Origin: a virus
UHGV virus genome: UHGV-0156413
Direction: 5' to 3' (one strand)
Length of the DNA stretch: 16,142 nucleotides
In this document: positions 8,320 through 16,142 of the stretch, piece after piece
Position numbering within the stretch: the stretch's first letter is position 1
How the letters are laid out: each line of letters begins with the position of its first letter
Notes under the pieces: generated by a model
Seen by the model: the letters and a program-made list of their open reading frames with translations, nothing else
What the model was told of the DNA's origin: nothing
Databases searched by the model: none
Translations under genes and position numbers: made by a program

Positions 8320-8757
8320 ATGTGTAAAAATTGCAAAGGAAAAACAAAAAATAAAATCATTGTGCTATCTGATAAAGGAACGTCAACGCAATTGTCAGTC
8401 ACAAATGATAATGAGTTGGAAGTTGAGCATAAGTTAATAGATGGTTGCGCTATTGTTGTTGGAGAGCGGTGTGATCATTATTTGAAGATTTATAACAATC
8501 AGGATGTTTCACATCTTTTTGTTGAACTTAAAGGAAGTGATGTTGAAAAAGCTGTTAAACAGATAGTGACAACTTTAAAGTCAGGTGTGATTAATGTAGG
8601 TGCTAAAGAAAAAAAACATGGTGCTATTGTTAGCACTAGGAATCCGCTAAACTCACCAGAAACCAATAGGTTAAAGAAGAAAATTCTTTTGAGTGACGGA
8701 GTGAATTTGCATTTCTATAAAATGAAGGCGCAGCAAAAAATAACTTCTTTTACATGA
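8320..8757 (+). CDS. Small partner protein, possible PD-(D/E)xK-like nuclease or effector (hypothetical)
   Basis: 145 aa; starts 8 bp after the ATPase stop with AGGTGA upstream. N-terminal CxxC (C2, C5); candidate catalytic core D52 ... E69-L-K71 (ERCDH ... FVELKG). Assignment is tentative. Confidence 0.7.
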   Translation: MCKNCKGKTKNKIIVLSDKGTSTQLSVTNDNELEVEHKLIDGCAIVVGERCDHYLKIYNNQDVSHLFVELKGSDVEKAVKQIVTTLKSGVINVGAKEKKHGAIVSTRNPLNSPETNRLKKKILLSDGVNLHFYKMKAQQKITSFT

Positions 8758-8770
8758 AGTGTTCTCTTGT

Positions 8771-8794
8771 ACAGGCATGCATTTGCATGCCTGT
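8771..8794. terminator. Perfect palindrome between convergent cargo operon and Q (terminator or protein-binding site)
   Basis: ACAGGCATGCA tt TGCATGCCTGT (11-bp arms); a short T-run (ATCTTTTA) follows about 8 nt downstream on the plus strand. Confidence 0.35.
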
Positions 8795-8860
8795 CGTGTA
8801 ATCTTTTACACTATATTTGTGTTGGTTCTAATCTTGTTATGTGTTTGTTTCGGTGATGGG

Positions 8861-9880
8861 TCATAATGAATAAGTTCGAAAGCGAAATACATCTTCGCCA
8901 ACCCAACAGTTAATTTCTTTACATCGCTCTTGGAGGAACGTTAGCTCGTTGCGTACAAAGACTTGTGCTGCTTTTGTTACATCTCCAAATCCTCCTGTGT
9001 TGTTGGGCATCATTCCTATCATTTGGGGAGGCACGCGATGAGCACTCATTAGATCTTCAGCACTTGCTTTTTTGATATTAAAAAAATCGTCCTTCGTTGC
9101 CACTTCACTGAGCGGGATAATTTTAATGCCGTCGGCTTTCCCCTGCGGGGCATAGAGAAACAGATTTTTAAAGTTATTGCGGCCTTTCGACTTAACCATG
9201 TTTTCGCGAAGCATTTCGATATCGTTGCGATCCTGCACGGCATCAGTGACGTACATGATGTATCCGGCATGAGCGCCGTTTTCGTAATACTTGCGGCGGA
9301 ACAGCGTGGCCGACTCATTCAGCCAGGCAGAGTTAAGGGCGCTGAGATATTCGGGCAGGCCGTACAGCTCCTGATTAATATCCGGCTCCAGCAGGTGAAA
9401 CACGGAACCGGGCGCGAAGGCTGTCGGCTCGTTGAAGGACGGCACCCACCAGTAAACATCCTCTTCCACACCACGGCGGGTATATTTTGCCGGTGAGGTT
9501 TCCAGCCTGATAACTTTACCGGTGGTGCTGTAACGCTTTTCCAGAAACGCATTACCGAACACCAGAAAATCCAGCACAAAGCGGCTGAAATCCTGCTGGG
9601 AAAGCCACGGATGCGGGATAAATGTCGAGGCCAGAATATTGCGTTTGACGTAAATCGGCGAGCTGTGATGCACGGCAGCACGCAGGCTTTTTGCCAGACC
9701 GGTAAAGCTGACCGGCGGCTCATACCATCTGCCGTTACTGATGCACTCGACGTAATCCAGAATGTCACGGCGGTCGAGTACCGGCACCGGCTCACCAAAG
9801 GTGAATGCTTCCATTTTCGGGGCGCTGGCGGTGATTGTTTTTGCCGCAGGTCGCGGTGTTTTCCCTTTTTTCTTGCTCAT
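8861..9880 (-). CDS. Q: Portal protein (P2 gpQ-like)
   Basis: 339-aa ORF immediately downstream of and overlapping the large-terminase stop (ATGA); conserved P2 Q-P arrangement; size close to P2 Q as recalled. Confidence 0.9.
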   Translation of the reverse strand: MSKKKGKTPRPAAKTITASAPKMEAFTFGEPVPVLDRRDILDYVECISNGRWYEPPVSFTGLAKSLRAAVHHSSPIYVKRNILASTFIPHPWLSQQDFSRFVLDFLVFGNAFLEKRYSTTGKVIRLETSPAKYTRRGVEEDVYWWVPSFNEPTAFAPGSVFHLLEPDINQELYGLPEYLSALNSAWLNESATLFRRKYYENGAHAGYIMYVTDAVQDRNDIEMLRENMVKSKGRNNFKNLFLYAPQGKADGIKIIPLSEVATKDDFFNIKKASAEDLMSAHRVPPQMIGMMPNNTGGFGDVTKAAQVFVRNELTFLQERCKEINCWVGEDVFRFRTYSL

Positions 9881-11292
9881 CAGTAAAACTCCAGAATGGT
9901 GGATGTCAGCGGAGTGCTGATACCGGCGGTGAGTGGCTCATTTAACAGGGCGTGCATGGTTGCCCAGGCGAGGTCGGCGTGGCTGGCTTCCTCGCTGCGG
10001 CTGGCCTCATAGGTGGCGCTGCGTCCGCTGCTGGTCATGGTCTTGCGGATAGCCATGAACGAGCTGGTGATGTCGGTGGCGCTGACGTCATATTCCAGAC
10101 AGCCACGGCGGATGACGTCTTTGGCCTTGAGCACCATTGCGGTTTTCATTTCCGGCGTGTAGCGGATATCGCGCGCGGCGGGATAGAACGAGCGCACGAG
10201 CTGGAACACGCCGACACCGAGGCCGGTGGCATCAATACCGATGTATTCGACGTTGTATTTTTCGGTGAGTTTGCGGATGGACTCCGCCTGGGTGGCAAAG
10301 TCCATGCCTTTCCACTGGTGACGCTCAAGTATTCTGAATTTGCCACCGGCCACCACCGGCGGTGCCAGCACCACGCATCCGGCGCTGTCGCCACGGTGTG
10401 ACGGGTCGTAACCAATCCATACCGGGCGGGAGCCGAACGGATTTGCGGCAAACGGCGCGTAGTCTTCCCATTCTTCCAGCGTGTCGACCATGCAGCGTTG
10501 CAGCTCCTCGAACGGGAACACCGATGCCTTGTCGTCAACAAATTCACACATGAACAGGTTTTTAAAATCGTCGGCGCTGTTTTCGCGTTTGAGCTGCTCA
10601 ATGTCGAACAATGTGCAGCCGCCTTTCAGGGCGTCCTCAATGGTGACAATCTGCCGCCACTGGCCGTCCGCACAGAGAAGACCACCGGCAAGGGCGTTAT
10701 GACTGACGTCGATTTCCACACGTTCGGCGGCGCTGGCGCGTCCCCGGTTGAACAGTTCACCCGACCAGAACGGGTAGGCGTCGTGCGCCAGTGTGGACGG
10801 GGTGGAGAAATAGGTCGAGCGCAGGTGACTCTGTGAGGCCATACCTGATGCCACCTTACGCAGTACCTGAAAATTCGGGATCCAGAAAATCTCGTCGACG
10901 TACAGGTCGCCGTTATGGCTCTGTGCGGTGTTGGAGTTGGTGCCGAGAAAAATCAGTTTTGCGCCGTTATTGCCCAGGACAATCGGGTCACCGGTCAGGT
11001 CAACGTCAACCAGCCGGGCAAAGGCGATGATGTATTCGCGGAACACATACGCCTGCGTTTTACTGGCCGACAGAAAAATCTGGTTATGACCGGTTTTCAG
11101 GGCGCGCAGCAGCGCCTCGCGGGAAAAATAAAACGTCGCGCCAATCTGGCGGGATTTCAGGATATCGCGGATGCGGTGCTCAAGCCCGGCGCGATACCAG
11201 TGCAACTGATATTCGAAAGACTGCTCAAAGAAAATCTGCTCCAGCTTTTCGATGGCCTCGTCACTGAAAAAATTCTTTTTCGGTTTGCCGCA
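9880..11292 (-). pseudogene. P: Large terminase subunit (P2 gpP-like), 5'-truncated
   Basis: Reading frame open from 11292 down to 9880 (about 470 codons) with no in-frame ATG at its 5' end; the frame runs straight into the opposite-strand O remnant. Contains deviant Walker-A-like KSRQIGAT. P2 P is about 590 aa as recalled. Confidence 0.7.
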
Positions 11293-12017
11293 TTAACCTG
11301 GAACATCTGCGCGGCATCCTGCCTGACGGTATTTTTAAGCGTTATGGCGATGTGGTCGAACTGAAGGCCGAAAAGATTGACGATGATTCGGCGCTGAAAG
11401 GCAAATGGGCGCTGTTTGCGAAAATCACCCCGACCGATGACCTTATCGCGATGAACAAGGCCGCGCAGAAGGTCTATACCTCAATGGAAATTCAGCCGAA
11501 CTTTGCCAATACCGGCAAATGTTATCTGGTGGGTCTGGCCGTCACCGATGACCCGGCAAGCCTCGGCACGGAATACCTGGAATTCTGCCGCACGGCAAAA
11601 CACAACCCCCTGAACCGCTTCAAATTAAGCCCTGAAAACCTGATTTCAGTGGCAACGCCTGTTGAGCTGGAATTTGAAGACCTGCCTGAAACCGTGTTCA
11701 CCGCCCTGACCGAAAAGGTGAAATCCATTTTTGGCCGCAAACAGGCCAGCGATGACGCCCGTCTGAATGACGTGCATGAAGCGGTGACCGCTGTCGCTGA
11801 ACATGTGCAGGAAAAACTGAGCGCCACTGAGCAGCGCCTCGCTGAGATGGAAACTGCCTTTTCCGCTCTTAAGCAGGAGGTGACTGACAGGGCGGATGAA
11901 ACCAGCCAGGCATTCACCCGCCTGAAAAACAGTCTCGACAGCACCGAAAGTCTGACCCAGCAGCGCCGCAGCAAGGCCACCGGTGGTAGCGGTGACGCCC
12001 TGATGACGAACTGCTGA
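11268..12017 (+). pseudogene. O: Capsid scaffold protein (P2 gpO-like), 5'-truncated
   Basis: Frame open from 11268 (just after an in-frame TGA at 11265-11267) with no ATG before GTG 11352; N-terminal residues of the P2 O protein (about 284 aa as recalled) are absent. Confidence 0.7.
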
Positions 12018-12075
12018 CCGGCGTCAGCCAGTCCGGGCAAACCTTCACGATTAACCCTTAATTTCAGGAAAAACT

Positions 12076-13149
12076 ATGCGCCAGGAAACCCGCTTTAAAT
12101 TTAATGCCTACCTGTCCCGTGTTGCCGAACTGAACGGCATCGACGCCGGTGATGTGTCGAAAAAATTCACCGTTGAACCGTCGGTCACCCAGACCCTGAT
12201 GAACACCATGCAGGAGTCCTCTGATTTTCTGACCCGCATCAACATTGTGCCGGTCAGCGAAATGAAAGGGGAAAAAATTGGTATTGGTGTCACCGGCTCC
12301 ATCGCCAGCACCACCGACACCGCCGGTGGCACCGAGCGTCAGCCGAAGGACTTCTCGAAGCTGGCGTCAAACAAGTACGAATGCGACCAGATTAACTTCG
12401 ATTTTTATATCCGCTACAAAACTCTTGACCTGTGGGCGCGTTATCAGGATTTCCAGCTCCGTGTCCGTAACGCCATTATCAAACGCCAGTCCCTTGATTT
12501 AATCATGGCCGGTTTTAACGGCGTGAGGCGTGCCGAAACCTCTGACCGCAGCAGCAATCCGATGCTGCAGGATGTGGCGGTCGGCTGGCTGCAGAAATAC
12601 CGCAATGAAGCACCGGCGCGCGTGATGAGCAAGGTCACTGACGAGGAAGGTCACACGACCTCTGAGGTCATCCGCGTGGGTAAGGGCGGTGATTATGCCA
12701 GCCTTGATGCACTGGTGATGGATGCGACCAACAACCTGATTGAGCCGTGGTATCAGGAAGACCCTGACCTTGTGGTGATTGTGGGGCGTCAGCTACTGGC
12801 GGACAAGTATTTTCCCATCGTCAACAAGGAGCAGGACAACAGCGAAATGCTGGCCGCTGACGTCATCATCAGCCAGAAACGCATCGGCAACCTGCCAGCG
12901 GTACGCGTCCCGTACTTCCCGGCGGATGCGATGCTCATCACGAAGCTGGAAAACCTGTCCATCTACTACATGGATGACAGCCATCGCCGCGTGATTGAGG
13001 AAAACCCGAAACTCGACCGTGTGGAGAACTACGAGTCAATGAACATTGATTACGTGGTGGAGGACTACGCCGCCGGTTGTCTGGTGGAAAAAATTAAGGT
13101 CGGTGATTTCTCCACACCGGCTAAAGCGACCGCAGAGCCGGGAGCGTAA
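12076..13149 (+). CDS. N: Major capsid protein (P2 gpN-like)
   Basis: 357-aa ORF in the conserved O-N-M-L order; length equals P2 N as recalled; AGGA Shine-Dalgarno upstream. Confidence 0.93.
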   Translation: MRQETRFKFNAYLSRVAELNGIDAGDVSKKFTVEPSVTQTLMNTMQESSDFLTRINIVPVSEMKGEKIGIGVTGSIASTTDTAGGTERQPKDFSKLASNKYECDQINFDFYIRYKTLDLWARYQDFQLRVRNAIIKRQSLDLIMAGFNGVRRAETSDRSSNPMLQDVAVGWLQKYRNEAPARVMSKVTDEEGHTTSEVIRVGKGGDYASLDALVMDATNNLIEPWYQEDPDLVVIVGRQLLADKYFPIVNKEQDNSEMLAADVIISQKRIGNLPAVRVPYFPADAMLITKLENLSIYYMDDSHRRVIEENPKLDRVENYESMNIDYVVEDYAAGCLVEKIKVGDFSTPAKATAEPGA

Positions 13150-13152
13150 CCG

Positions 13153-13896
13153 ATGACGAGTCCCGCACAGCGCCACATGATGCGGGTCTCGGCAGCGATG
13201 ACCGCTCAGCGGGACGCCGCCCCGCTGCGACATGCAACTGTCTATGAGCAGATGCTGGTTAAGCTGGCCGCAGACCAGCGCACACTGAAAGCGATTTATT
13301 CAAAAGAGCTGAAGGCCGCAAAAAAACGCGAACTGCTGCCGTTCTGGTTGCCGTGGGTGAACGGCGTGCTGGAGCAGGGCAAAGGTGCACAGGATGACAT
13401 TCTGATGACGGTCATGCTGTGGCGTCTGGATACCGGCGATATTGCCGGTGCGCTGGAGATTGCCCGTTATGCCCTGAAGTACGGTCTGACCATGCCGGGT
13501 AAACACCGCCGTACCCCGCCGTACATGTTCACCGAGGAGGTAGCGCTTGCGGCCATGCGCGCTCACGCTGCCGGTGAGTCTGTGGATACCCGCCTGCTGA
13601 CGGACACCCTTGAACTGACCGCCACGGCTGACATGCCTGATGAAGTGCGCGCAAAGCTGCACAAAATCACCGGTCTGTTTCTGCGTGACGCCGGTGATGC
13701 CGCCGGTGCGCTGGCGCACCTGCAACGTGCGACACAGCTCGACTGTCAGGCAGGCGTCAAAAAAGAGATTGAACGACTGGAGCGGGAGCTGAAACCGAAG
13801 CCGGAGCCGCAGCCCAAAGCGGCCACCCGCGCCCCGCGTAAGACACGGAGCGTGACACCGGCAAAACGTGGACGCCCGAAAAAGAAAGCCAGTTAA
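13153..13896 (+). CDS. M: Small terminase / endonuclease subunit (P2 gpM-like)
   Basis: 247-aa ORF starting 4 bp after N; basic proline/lysine-rich C-terminal tail; position and size match P2 M. Confidence 0.88.
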   Translation: MTSPAQRHMMRVSAAMTAQRDAAPLRHATVYEQMLVKLAADQRTLKAIYSKELKAAKKRELLPFWLPWVNGVLEQGKGAQDDILMTVMLWRLDTGDIAGALEIARYALKYGLTMPGKHRRTPPYMFTEEVALAAMRAHAAGESVDTRLLTDTLELTATADMPDEVRAKLHKITGLFLRDAGDAAGALAHLQRATQLDCQAGVKKEIERLERELKPKPEPQPKAATRAPRKTRSVTPAKRGRPKKKAS

Positions 13897-13995
13897 CAAC
13901 CGAATGCGCCCCGCGCCAGGGCGGCACGCCGGTCAGTGAGGGTGAATCACCTGACACTGCACCGGCGTCCACCGCCCGACTTTTCAGAGGTAGTC

Positions 13996-14505
13996 ATGAT
14001 GACGCTGATTATTCCGCGAAAGGAGGCTCCCGTGTCCGGTGAGGGTACGGTGGTCATCCCGCAACCGGCAGGCGACGAGCCGGTGATTAAAAACACGTTC
14101 TTTTTTCCCGATATCGACCCGAAGCGCGTCCGGGAACGTATGCGCCTTGAGCAGACCGTCGCCCCCGCCCGTCTGCGTGAGGCCATCAAGTCAGGCATGG
14201 CGGAGACGAATGCGGAGCTGTACGAGTACCGCGAACAGAAAATTGCTGCCGGTTTTACGCGTCTGGCGGACGTCCCGGCGGACGACATCGACGGTGAAAG
14301 CATCAAAGTTTTTTACTACGAGCGCGCCGTGTGTGCGATGGCGACCGCATCGCTTTATGAGCGTTATCGCGGCGTGGATGCCAGTGCCAAGGGCGACAAG
14401 AAGGCCGACAGCATTGACAGCACCATTGATGAACTGTGGCGGGATATGCGCTGGGCGGTGGCACGTATCCAGGACAAGCCGCGCTGCATCGTGAGTCAAA
14501 TCTGA
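13996..14505 (+). CDS. L: Head completion/stabilisation protein (P2 gpL-like)
   Basis: Start taken at ATG 13996 (MMTLIIPRKEAP...) with GAGG upstream rather than the longer ORF-track start; 169 aa; about 99 bp gap after M as in P2. Confidence 0.88.
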   Translation: MMTLIIPRKEAPVSGEGTVVIPQPAGDEPVIKNTFFFPDIDPKRVRERMRLEQTVAPARLREAIKSGMAETNAELYEYREQKIAAGFTRLADVPADDIDGESIKVFYYERAVCAMATASLYERYRGVDASAKGDKKADSIDSTIDELWRDMRWAVARIQDKPRCIVSQI

Positions 14506-14708
14506 TGAAGACCTTTGCGCTACAGGGCGACACGCTCGACGCCATTTGTGTCCGGTATTACGGGCGCACTGAGGGCGTGGTTGAGACCGTGCTCGCCGCA
14601 AATCCGGGACTGGCTGAACTGGGTGCGATGCTGCCGCACGGCACCGCCGTCGAACTGCCCGATGTTCAGACCGCGCCCGTGGCTGAAACTGTCAATCTGT
14701 GGGAGTAA
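14505..14708 (+). CDS. X: Tail protein X (P2 gpX-like)
   Basis: 67-aa product from ATG 14505 (MKTFALQGDTLDAICVRYYG...), start overlapping the L stop; size matches P2 X. Confidence 0.8.
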   Translation: MKTFALQGDTLDAICVRYYGRTEGVVETVLAANPGLAELGAMLPHGTAVELPDVQTAPVAETVNLWE

Positions 14709-14711
14709 CGC

Positions 14712-15026
14712 ATGACAGCAGAAGAAAAAAGCGTTCTGTCGCTTTTCATGATTGGAGTGCTGATTGTTGTCGGCAAGGTGCTTGCCGGTGGTGAAACCAT
14801 CACCCCGCGTCTGTTTATCGGGCGCATGTTGCTCGGTGGTTTTGTCTCGATGGTTGCCGGTGTTGTTCTGGTGCAGTTTCCTGACCTGTCACTGCCTGCG
14901 GTGTGCGGCATCGGCTCCATGCTGGGTACCACTGAGCGCAGTTTTGACGGGCGAATGACGGTCACGTTAACCGGCCAGCACAACGACACCGGCCAGCCAC
15001 TTTCGTTAACCATCCCTGTGAGTTGA
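14712..15026 (+). pseudogene. Y: Holin-like ORF (P2 gpY-like N-terminus) with an unrelated hydrophilic C-terminus; probable deletion fusion
   Basis: First about 72 aa contain two clear hydrophobic transmembrane-like segments; after ...GIGSMLG the sequence becomes hydrophilic and the ORF ends 5 bp before J. Confidence 0.55.
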
Positions 15027-15030
15027 AACC

Positions 15031-15939
15031 ATGCCGATTATCGACCTGAACCAGCTACCCGCACCGGATGTGGTCGAGGAGCTGGACTTTGAAAGCATTC
15101 TCGCTGAACGCAAGGCGACACTGATTTCCCTTTACCCGGAAGATCAGCAGGAGGCGGTCGCCCGTACCCTGACACTGGAATCTGAGCCTCTCGTCAAACT
15201 GCTGGAAGAAAATGCTTATCGTGAGCTTATCTGGCGTCAGCGTGTGAATGAGGCCGCACGGGCGGTGATGCTGGCCTGTGCCGCCGGTAATGACCTTGAT
15301 GTGATTGGTGCCAATTACAACACCACGCGCCTGACTATCACCCCGGCAGATGATTCGACCATTCCGCCGACACCGGCAGTGATGGAATCTGACACCGATT
15401 ATCGTCTGCGTATTCAGCAGGCTTTTGAGGGCTTAAGCGTCGCCGGGTCAGTGGGAGCCTATCAGTATCATGGTCGCAGTGCTGACGGGCGTGTCGCGGA
15501 TATTTCTGTCACCAGTCCGTCTCCTGCCTGTGTCACCATCTCTGTGCTGTCACGTGAAAATAACGGTGTGGCATCCGAAGACCTGCTGGCTGTGGTGCGT
15601 AACGCCCTTAATGGCGAGGACGTCAGGCCGGTGGCTGACCGTGTGACCGTGCAGTCTGCCGCCATTGTTGAATACCAGATAAACGCCACGCTGTATCTTT
15701 ACCCTGGTCCCGAAAGCGAACCCATCCGCGCTGCCGCTGTGAAAAAGCTGGAAGCGTATATCACGGCACAGCACCGGCTGGGGCGCGACATCCGTCTGTC
15801 TGCCATTTATGCCGCTTTGCATGTGGAAGGTGTGCAGCGTGTCGAACTGGCTGCACCACTGGCCGACATCGTGCTCAACAGTACGCAGGCGTCTTTCTGT
15901 ACCGAATACCGCGTCGTGACCGGAGGCTCGGATGAGTGA
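15031..15939 (+). CDS. J: Baseplate assembly protein J (P2 gpJ-like)
   Basis: 302-aa ORF, length as recalled for P2 J; followed by an overlapping start for the next tail gene. Confidence 0.85.
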   Translation: MPIIDLNQLPAPDVVEELDFESILAERKATLISLYPEDQQEAVARTLTLESEPLVKLLEENAYRELIWRQRVNEAARAVMLACAAGNDLDVIGANYNTTRLTITPADDSTIPPTPAVMESDTDYRLRIQQAFEGLSVAGSVGAYQYHGRSADGRVADISVTSPSPACVTISVLSRENNGVASEDLLAVVRNALNGEDVRPVADRVTVQSAAIVEYQINATLYLYPGPESEPIRAAAVKKLEAYITAQHRLGRDIRLSAIYAALHVEGVQRVELAAPLADIVLNSTQASFCTEYRVVTGGSDE

Positions 15940-16142
15940 TTCGCGACTGCTGCCGACCGGCTCATCACCGCTTGAGGTCGCCGCCGCAAAAGCCTGTGCG
16001 GAAATTGAAAAAACGCCGGTCAGTATTCGTGAGCTGTGGAACCCGGACACCTGTCCGGCAAATCTGCTGCCGTGGCTGGCGTGGGCGTTTTCGGTCGACA
16101 GGTGGGATGAAAAGTGGCCGGAAGCGACAAAACGCGCCGTTA
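15932..16142 (+). CDS. I: Baseplate/tail protein I (P2 gpI-like), 5' part only (runs off the window)
   Basis: ATG at 15932 overlaps the J stop; open frame to the window end (MSDSRLLPTGSSPLEVAAAKACAEIEK...). Confidence 0.75.
   Translation, partial: MSDSRLLPTGSSPLEVAAAKACAEIEKTPVSIRELWNPDTCPANLLPWLAWAFSVDRWDEKWPEATKRAV

Larger units (their letters stand above)
1..16142. mobile_element. P2-like prophage, left arm (integration/immunity, replication, accessory island, head and partial baseplate genes); apparently defective
   Basis: Conserved P2 gene order and strands (int, C, cox, B, A, then Q, P, O, N, M, L, X, Y, J, I) recognised from the ORF translations. Established knowledge of P2 genome organisation. 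Both window ends fall inside the element. Confidence 0.9.

Noticed and set aside
8320-8757. TOPRIM or HNH nuclease identity for the 145-aa partner (as in OLD/PARIS/Gabija or Septu)
   Set aside because: No conserved glutamate plus DxD TOPRIM pair and no H-N-H arrangement; only a PD-(D/E)xK-like spacing is discernible, and that tentatively.
9049-11030. ORFs overlapping Q and P on either strand (for example 9319-9798, 9952-10401, 10146-10601, 10498-10836)
   Set aside because: Shadow ORFs in GC-rich coding sequence; the portal and terminase frames are the long conserved ones.
11522-14601. Antisense or alternative-frame ORFs within O, N, M and L (for example 11522-12040, 13300-13899, 13947-14306, 14191-14601)
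   Set aside because: They overlap well-supported structural genes in conserved order; arginine/proline-rich translations typical of out-of-frame GC-rich reads.
14436-15013. Longer ORF-track versions of X (from 14436) and overlapping ORFs 14515-14715, 14666-15013 and 14764-14958
   Set aside because: The upstream extension of X overlaps the L coding region, and the ATG at 14505 gives the expected 67-aa product; the others are out-of-frame overlaps of the holin-like ORF.
1-16142. CRISPR array, tRNA or rRNA genes
   Set aside because: No regularly spaced repeats of CRISPR type and no recognisable tRNA cloverleaf or rRNA-like segment; the first 49 nt show no att or tRNA feature I can recognise.

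Overview
This window is the left part of a P2-family (Peduovirus-like) prophage from an enterobacterial host, carrying a two-gene cargo that looks like a candidate anti-phage system. Gene order is int - C - cox - B - early ORFs - A, then an AT-rich accessory island containing the apparent cos site, then the morphogenetic block Q-P / O-N-M-L-X-Y ... J-I. The island lies between replication gene A and portal gene Q, the position where P2-like phages are known to carry defence cargo. Its cargo is an operon of a 433-aa ABC-type (AAA_21/OLD-like) ATPase and a tightly coupled 145-aa protein with a possible PD-(D/E)xK nuclease motif. I could not assign the pair to any named defence system from sequence alone; it is the main candidate for something undescribed. 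The prophage also looks defective: the 5' ends of P (large terminase) and O (scaffold) are missing along with their shared promoter region, and a holin-like ORF is followed directly by baseplate gene J with the lysis cassette and several tail genes absent. Other notes: a 37-codon hydrophobic ORF with a strong Shine-Dalgarno next to a bidirectional terminator, local direct repeats in the island, and several palindromes. All homology calls are from reading the translations and recalling the P2 family; no database search was run, and GC contrasts are by eye.
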